Below are positions 5,940 through 10,543 of a stretch of 10,543 nucleotides of DNA, piece after piece (positions within the stretch are counted from its first letter, which is position 1; the number at the start of each line of letters is the position of its first letter). The position numbers were made by a program, and so were the translations under genes. Location of the stretch: the UHGV virus genome UHGV-0097031. One strand, given 5' to 3'. Source of the stretch: a virus. A model generated the notes under the pieces. That model was not told the origin of the DNA, searched no databases, and saw only the letters and a program-made list of their open reading frames with translations.

Positions 5940-6968
5940 ATGAGTGAATTAATTATCTCTGGCAGCTCCGGTGGTTTTCTGCGCAACATTGGCAAAGAGT
6001 ACCAGGAGGCCGCAGAAAACTTTATGCGGTTCATGAATGACCAGGGGGCTTACGCGCCGAATACTTTGCGCGATCTCCGGTTAGTGTTTCACTCCTGGGC
6101 GAGATGGTGTCACGCTCGCCAGCTCGCCTGGTTCCCGATCTCACCAGAGATGGCCCGCGAGTATTTTCTTCAGCTGCATGATGCTGATCTGGCTTCGACC
6201 ACCATTGATAAGCACTACGCCATGCTTAACATGCTGCTTTCGCATTGTGGCCTTCCGCCACTTTCGGATGATAAAAGTGTTTCTCTGGCTATGCGGCGCA
6301 TCCGGCGTGAAGCGGCAACTGAAAAAGGCGAACGAACAGGCCAGGCTATACCGCTGCGGTGGGACGATCTGAAACTGCTCGACGTCCTGTTGTCCAGGTC
6401 AGAACGGCTGGTGGACCTGCGCAACCGGGCTTTTCTCTTTGTTGCATACAATACGCTGATGCGTATGTCGGAAATCTCGCGTATTCGTGTAGGAGATCTG
6501 GATCAAACAGGTGACACTGTCACGCTACATATTTCACACACGAAGACAATAACGACCGCCGCCGGGCTTGATAAGGTGCTTTCCCGTCGCACTACCGCTG
6601 TGCTGAATGACTGGCTGGATGTTTCCGGGCTTCGCGAACATCCTGACGCAGTGCTGTTCCCGCCGATACACCGTAGCAATAAGGCCAGGATCACGACAAC
6701 GCCCCTTACTGCACCTGCAATGGAGAAAATATTCAGCGACGCCTGGGTGTTGCTGAATAAAAGAGATGCTACGCCAAACAAAGGAAGATACCGGACGTGG
6801 ACCGGGCATAGTGCACGCGTCGGGGCCGCTATTGATATGGCTGAAAAGCAGGTGTCTATGGTGGAGATCATGCAGGAAGGAACCTGGAAGAAACCGGAAA
6901 CACTTATGCGGTATCTTCGCCGTGGCGGCGTGTCTGTGGGGGCTAATAGCCGCCTGATGGATTCGTAA
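5940..6968 (+). CDS. cre: Cre-family tyrosine site-specific recombinase
   Basis: 342-aa ORF that aligns by eye along its whole length with P1 Cre (343 aa): SWARWC / SWAAWC, WFP, LNML, SVSLAMRRIRRE / AVSLVMRRIRKE, AYNTLMRMSEISRIRV / AYNTLLRIAEIARIRV, HTKT / RTKT, WTGHSARVGAAIDMA / WSGHSARVGAARDMA, EIMQEGTW / EIMQAGGW, MRYLR / MNYIR. All catalytic positions (Arg, Lys, His-x-x-Arg, Trp, Tyr) are conserved. Confidence 0.9.
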   Translation: MSELIISGSSGGFLRNIGKEYQEAAENFMRFMNDQGAYAPNTLRDLRLVFHSWARWCHARQLAWFPISPEMAREYFLQLHDADLASTTIDKHYAMLNMLLSHCGLPPLSDDKSVSLAMRRIRREAATEKGERTGQAIPLRWDDLKLLDVLLSRSERLVDLRNRAFLFVAYNTLMRMSEISRIRVGDLDQTGDTVTLHISHTKTITTAAGLDKVLSRRTTAVLNDWLDVSGLREHPDAVLFPPIHRSNKARITTTPLTAPAMEKIFSDAWVLLNKRDATPNKGRYRTWTGHSARVGAAIDMAEKQVSMVEIMQEGTWKKPETLMRYLRRGGVSVGANSRLMDS

Positions 6969-6971
6969 ATT

Positions 6972-6987
6972 AAATTTCTAACACATC
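6972..6987 (+). promoter_or_regulatory. Candidate operator (AAATTTCTAACACATC) between cre and the downstream accessory operon
   Basis: Same TTTCTAACA core as the motifs at 1151-1164 and 5563-5580; followed by a short inverted TTAGA (6991-6995); sits 4 nt after the cre stop and ~55 nt before the TTG start at 7042. Confidence 0.3.
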
Positions 6988-7041
6988 TTTTTAGATTAAC
7001 GCCTTTGCTGTAAAGTACCCTCGCCTATTTAGGAGGGTGCT

Positions 7042-7386
7042 TTGCAGAGTCAAATCACGGAATCAAGACGCTTCAAGGTGGATGGTTACACCGTAACCTT
7101 CGCCGCTGGTGTTAAGAACAGTCATGCTGTCGTTGTGTTCGGCATCATGACCGGGCTTGAGGCCGTCCCTGTGTTTACCCTCGAAAAAAACTGGCGAAAT
7201 CTGGAGGAAGCAGAAAGCTACGTCCGGAAAGTAACCATCATTGCCGCCGAAAAACTCCTGGCCCACTATCAGGAAAATTATCGCACTATGGTCGAGAAGA
7301 TTAATCTCGCTTTCACTCGCCCCACTACCGGCTTTATTGCACCGGATACTAATGCCGGTCGATATCCTGCAAGGGGGCGTCGGTGA
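7042..7386 (+). CDS. Hypothetical protein (TTG start)
   Basis: 114-aa ORF starting at TTG 7042, preceded by a strong AGGAGG (7031-7036) at 5-nt spacing; the first in-frame ATG would remove ~35 residues. No recognisable motifs. Confidence 0.5.
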   Translation: MQSQITESRRFKVDGYTVTFAAGVKNSHAVVVFGIMTGLEAVPVFTLEKNWRNLEEAESYVRKVTIIAAEKLLAHYQENYRTMVEKINLAFTRPTTGFIAPDTNAGRYPARGRR

Positions 7387-7859
7387 AAACTTATTACCCA
7401 TCTCTGAATTGTTACCCGTCTTCCTATCCAGAATTATCCGGGAAGCTGTTAGCTCTATTAGCTAAAGCACCTACGGAATGGTTTAAGCCAGTCGTTATCA
7501 ATCCACACTTCCTGGGTTACGGATCTGTTCGCACTCGTAACGAACTCAAAAACCTACTGGCGCATGGATTCATTCGACACCGTGCCGGGAAAGGCTATCA
7601 GTTAGCGATTGCGCCAGAAGAGGCCGTGCGGCTATTCGCATATCGTGACAGCCAGACAAAAACTCGGGTAATAGCTCAAATACTTCATAACGGCAGCACC
7701 TATGCCCGCCAGTTTGGCGGCGACACGTCGCAGTTCTTGCGGGCGGTGCGATCGCTGGAGGAGCAAGGAGTTATTGAAAGTTCCTGTCTTCCTGTTCCTA
7801 CCGTTCCACATATCAAACGTCGGGTTTACACCTTCACGCAGAGAGCTAAAAAACAATGA
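7383..7859 (+). CDS. Hypothetical protein, possibly winged-helix DNA-binding (GTG start)
   Basis: 158-aa ORF; GTG start overlaps the upstream stop (GTGA, 7383-7386) with AAGGGGG 5 nt upstream. The segment LRAVRSLEEQGVIES...KRRVYTFTQRA resembles the recognition-helix/wing pattern of winged-helix regulators (weak, by eye). Confidence 0.5.
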   Translation: MKTYYPSLNCYPSSYPELSGKLLALLAKAPTEWFKPVVINPHFLGYGSVRTRNELKNLLAHGFIRHRAGKGYQLAIAPEEAVRLFAYRDSQTKTRVIAQILHNGSTYARQFGGDTSQFLRAVRSLEEQGVIESSCLPVPTVPHIKRRVYTFTQRAKKQ

Positions 7860-8350
7860 TTTACGTAAAAGTGAAACGCCTACATCCGGCAGCAAAACTT
7901 CCAGCTTATGCCACCTCCGGATCGGCGGCGATGGATTTTGAGGCTGTTGAAATAAAACCATGCGTCGATAGCAATGGTGCAATTTCCTCAAGCTGGTGGG
8001 TGTATACCGGACTGGCTATGGAGATCCCGCCCGGCTGGTGTCTGAAACTCTATCCGCGATCAGGATTGGGCTGCAAAAAACATACTCGCCTGGCTAACTG
8101 CGTAGGAATTATCGACTCCGATTATCGCGGCGAAATCATGGCAAAACTGATTACTGATCCCGGCGGGGAAGGCGTTTGTCTCAAGCCTGGAATGGCTGTC
8201 ATGCAAGGAATTTTTGAGCGTGTTGAACAAGTCTCACTAGTCGAGGTTGAGGAACTCAACGAAACGGAGCGTGGTGCTGGTGGCTTTGGTAGCACATCGG
8301 AAGGCCACTTTGAAATTAAGCGTTCACCGCTTCAGTACGAAAAGTTATAA
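7856..8350 (+). CDS. dut: dUTP diphosphatase (trimeric dUTPase family)
   Basis: 164-aa ORF with the conserved dUTPase motifs in order: YATSGSAAMDF (motif I, variant of AGxDL), PRSGLG (II), GIIDSDYRGEI (III), AVMQGIF (IV), ERGAGGFGSTS (V). Alignable by eye with E. coli Dut; ~16-aa C-terminal extension. Start overlaps upstream stop (ATGA, 7856-7859). Confidence 0.9.
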   Translation: MIYVKVKRLHPAAKLPAYATSGSAAMDFEAVEIKPCVDSNGAISSSWWVYTGLAMEIPPGWCLKLYPRSGLGCKKHTRLANCVGIIDSDYRGEIMAKLITDPGGEGVCLKPGMAVMQGIFERVEQVSLVEVEELNETERGAGGFGSTSEGHFEIKRSPLQYEKL

Positions 8351-8364
8351 GCAGAGAAAAGACT

Positions 8365-9042
8365 ATGAATAACAAGGCAACGAAAGAGCTTTTTAAGCTC
8401 CTTCCCAAATACAAAGCTCACAAAAACGTTAGTGCATCGAAAATCAAAAATGTTGTTATTTTCGGAGTAACTGATACCCCACTTTGGGGCAGCATCGAAC
8501 TCGTTGAACCTAAAGGGGCAACAGTTTGTGTTGACGCAATGTTTTTACAAAAACACCGACCAAAAACTGGCGGGTATCTGATCGTTTATGAAAACGGTTA
8601 TCTGTTCTATGCCCCGGAGAAACCATTTGAGGAACGCTATGGCCTGGTTAACGACGCCTCCAAAAATGGAACCACGGTCATCATTACGGATGACAACGGC
8701 GCGATGATTAATCTTACCGGGAGCGTAACTATTTCTGCTGGTGGCATCACCACCCAGCAAGAAGAAATCGACCTTGAAGCAGCCGACTTTTCTGACGCGC
8801 TGATGTGGCTGAAGGATGGCAAGAAAGTTGCTCGACGCGGGTGGAACGGCGAAAACCAATTCTGCTGGCTGGTTCCTGAAGGACAGTACCCGGCACGAAT
8901 GGAAGCCATTAAGGGATATTTTCCCGGCGACCTCGTTCCGTATGGTGCTTATTTCGCCTTAAAAAATGCACAAGGTGTAGTTGTTCCGTGGGTGCCTTCA
9001 GTTGGCGACCTGCTGGCCTGTGACTGGTTTGTTGTGGAGTGA
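8365..9042 (+). CDS. Two-part protein: unknown N-terminal region (~140 aa) fused to a C-terminal DUF2829 (Tad2-family) domain
   Basis: 225-aa ORF. C-terminal ~85 aa (DFSDALMWLKDGKKVARRGWNGENQFCWLVPEG...PYGAYFALKNAQGVVVPWVPSVGDLLACDWFVVE) matches the DUF2829 pattern I recall (F-x-x-A-L-x-x-L-K-x-G-K-K-V-x-R-x-G-W-N-G ... P-W-x-x-S-x-x-D-L-L-A-x-D-W). N-terminal part unrecognised. Confidence 0.7.
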   Translation: MNNKATKELFKLLPKYKAHKNVSASKIKNVVIFGVTDTPLWGSIELVEPKGATVCVDAMFLQKHRPKTGGYLIVYENGYLFYAPEKPFEERYGLVNDASKNGTTVIITDDNGAMINLTGSVTISAGGITTQQEEIDLEAADFSDALMWLKDGKKVARRGWNGENQFCWLVPEGQYPARMEAIKGYFPGDLVPYGAYFALKNAQGVVVPWVPSVGDLLACDWFVVE

Positions 9043-9048
9043 TTTGAC

Positions 9049-9816
9049 ATGGAAAGCACTAAAACAATTCAATACCGCTTGCGTAATGGCCTGCTGGTGG
9101 CTGTTAACGCCGACATGTCACTGCCGTTTGACACGATTGAACGCACTATCATGACGTATCTCGGCTTTAATGAAGAGCTGAATGAAGAGCATGGCGTAGC
9201 TATATGGAGTGATGCAGACAGCGGCGTTCGTCGTTACATCACCGCCAGGGGCAAAGACTACTCTCTGGAAGAACTGTTTGCCCTTGCGCAGTCTTTCGAA
9301 TGTGTAGCATTAGACCTGTTTAATGATCCTGCTATAGCGCAACGACTTATACGCGAGCTTGGGCTATCCGTTACACCAATTATCTTTAAAAATGGCAGCC
9401 TGACTGGCACATGGCGCGTAGAACGCATCTCAAACTACCTTCCATATAACCGACAGTTAAATGGAGTAATCTCCGGCGTTAATCAGCCCGTAGCGTGTGA
9501 AAATGTAAACCTAGTTGTCGCTGTTTTGGCAACCGCATGTCGTGTTATCGGTTTGGCTAAACAGGCATTTATTCATTTCCCAAATGGTGCAGAAGGTAGC
9601 GCAGAGATTATCGCGTGTGATTTCGAATTTACCTGGATGCTACGCGAATATCTGGACCAAACAGTATTCCGTGCCGAAGAACTGGATATGTATATCACGT
9701 CAACGATTCCAGACGATGTGCGAGCTGAAGCAATCGCTACAGCCAGGGCGAAATGCCGTGCGGCGATTGCAGAACAGGCCAAAGAAGAAGTTAAGGAAGT
9801 GGCAGATGGCGACTAA
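9049..9816 (+). CDS. Hypothetical protein, translationally coupled to the downstream terminase-like paralog
   Basis: 255-aa ORF; its last 11 nt overlap the start of the next gene (ATG 9806, stop 9814-9816). No recognisable motifs; Ala-rich helical C-terminus. Confidence 0.6.
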   Translation: MESTKTIQYRLRNGLLVAVNADMSLPFDTIERTIMTYLGFNEELNEEHGVAIWSDADSGVRRYITARGKDYSLEELFALAQSFECVALDLFNDPAIAQRLIRELGLSVTPIIFKNGSLTGTWRVERISNYLPYNRQLNGVISGVNQPVACENVNLVVAVLATACRVIGLAKQAFIHFPNGAEGSAEIIACDFEFTWMLREYLDQTVFRAEELDMYITSTIPDDVRAEAIATARAKCRAAIAEQAKEEVKEVADGD

Positions 9817-10543
9817 GAGCAATATTTATAAAGATCCGCGCTGGCTGTCGCTGGTGGAGAAATATAAAGACAATTGGGTACTGGCAGCAAAAGAATTGTT
9901 TGATATTGATTTAAGCCACCAGCAACAACAAATTGTTGAAGCTATACAGCCCAATAATGCAAAAGCTACTGTCACCACTCCGTATGGGATCGGACGACCG
10001 CAAGTGCTTGCTGTTATTAGTACCCTTTATACGATTATGTATCCTGATTCCCGGACAGTAATTGTTTATCCAAAATCAAATGTTTGCAAAAGAGGAATTG
10101 TTGCATATGTGTGGCAATGTTGGGAGGCATTGCTGAAAAAACAACCTTTTATCATTGAGTATTTTAAGGTCGGTGATAGCGGTCTGATGTTCAATGAATT
10201 TTGGGGAATGTGCTTTTGTAACTACCGCCTTAACTATGAAGATAGCATTGCAGGTCACTACGCCGACCATCTTTTATTCATTATTGTGGATTCCGCACAT
10301 ATCAGCGATCGGGCATACAGCATTGTGTGGGCAAGCATGACTAGTGGTGATTCACGCATATTGCTCACTTCAATTCCGTCACCAGAGGAAATAGGCTTTT
10401 TTTATGATTCACATCATGGACGTGCTTTAGCTGAAGATAATCCGAGTGGTGTATATAAAGCCATTAAGCTGAGTGCGGAGGATTCACCATTTATTACCCA
10501 AGAATATCTTGATCATTTTGCCGAAAGGTATGGCGGGCGAAAT
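9806..10543 (+). CDS. Terminase large subunit (PacB) paralog with degenerate Walker A and B motifs; 3' end beyond window
   Basis: Partial ORF (246 codons, runs off the window end). Colinear with PacB 2993-4480: DPRW, SHQQQQI, YPDSRTVIV / FPDARVIIV, HLLFIIVDSAHISD / HLLLILDEASGISD, FYDSHH, DNP, SAEDSPFIT / SEESPFVT, ERYGGR / EYGGR. The P-loop position reads TTPYGIGRPQ instead of TSGHGTGKSS (Lys to Arg, Ser to Pro), and Walker B is VDSA instead of LDEAS (Glu lost). Confidence 0.75.
   Translation, partial: MATKSNIYKDPRWLSLVEKYKDNWVLAAKELFDIDLSHQQQQIVEAIQPNNAKATVTTPYGIGRPQVLAVISTLYTIMYPDSRTVIVYPKSNVCKRGIVAYVWQCWEALLKKQPFIIEYFKVGDSGLMFNEFWGMCFCNYRLNYEDSIAGHYADHLLFIIVDSAHISDRAYSIVWASMTSGDSRILLTSIPSPEEIGFFYDSHHGRALAEDNPSGVYKAIKLSAEDSPFITQEYLDHFAERYGGRN

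Larger units (their letters stand above)
1..10543. mobile_element. Segment of a P1-like phage / phage-plasmid (packaging module, immunity region, lox-cre, accessory operon); element boundaries not in window
   Basis: Gene order small/large terminase -> convergent immunity-region gene -> lox-like site -> Cre-family recombinase matches the pacA-pacB / immC / loxP-cre neighbourhood of phage P1 as I recall it (established knowledge, from memory). The Cre homolog is clearly related to P1 Cre but divergent. No att sites or element ends seen. Confidence 0.6.

Noticed and set aside
6178-6957. ORFs overlapping cre in other frames (6178-6372 +, 6215-6451 -, 6503-6871 -, 6534-6809 -, 6766-6957 +)
   Set aside because: They lie inside the Cre-family gene, whose identity is well supported by conserved catalytic residues.
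7063-9782. Antisense and alternative-frame ORFs in the accessory operon (7063-7401 -, 7241-7465 +, 7632-7991 -, 7702-7941 +, 8545-8859 -, 8637-8909 -, 9573-9782 -)
   Set aside because: Each is embedded in a longer plus-strand ORF that is part of a contiguous, translationally coupled gene chain; the dUTPase and DUF2829 motifs fix the true frame for two of them.
10076-10270. Minus-strand ORF 10076-10270
   Set aside because: Lies inside the terminase-like paralog, whose frame is supported by colinearity with PacB.
1-10543. CRISPR arrays, tRNA/rRNA genes, IS elements or transposase genes
   Set aside because: No regularly spaced direct repeats, no cloverleaf-compatible segments with conserved tRNA features, and no transposase-like ORF or terminal inverted repeats were found on reading both strands.

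Overview
This window reads as a segment of a P1-like temperate phage or phage-plasmid, judged from the translated ORFs and motifs I could read by eye; nothing here was searched or computed. Gene order is: a plus-strand operon (164-1131) whose first protein ends in a DUF2829-like region; a packaging operon with a small ORF (1240-1632), a PacA-like small terminase (1629-2993) and a PacB-like large terminase with intact Walker A/B motifs (2993-4480); a bidirectional hairpin terminator; a convergent 345-aa gene of unknown function (4508-5545, minus) sitting where P1 carries its immC/c1 region; a lox-like site (5755-5788) with a near-consensus promoter; a Cre-family tyrosine recombinase (5940-6968); and a tightly coupled accessory operon (7042 to window end) encoding two unknowns, a trimeric-type dUTPase, a protein with a clear C-terminal DUF2829 (Tad2-family) domain, another unknown, and a second PacB paralog whose Walker A lysine and Walker B glutamate are both replaced. 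The most interesting candidates are the ATPase-dead terminase paralog with its coupled partner, the two DUF2829-type fusion proteins, the unrecognised immunity-region gene with long inverted-repeat operators, and the variant lox site. No rRNA, tRNA, CRISPR array or transposase was seen.
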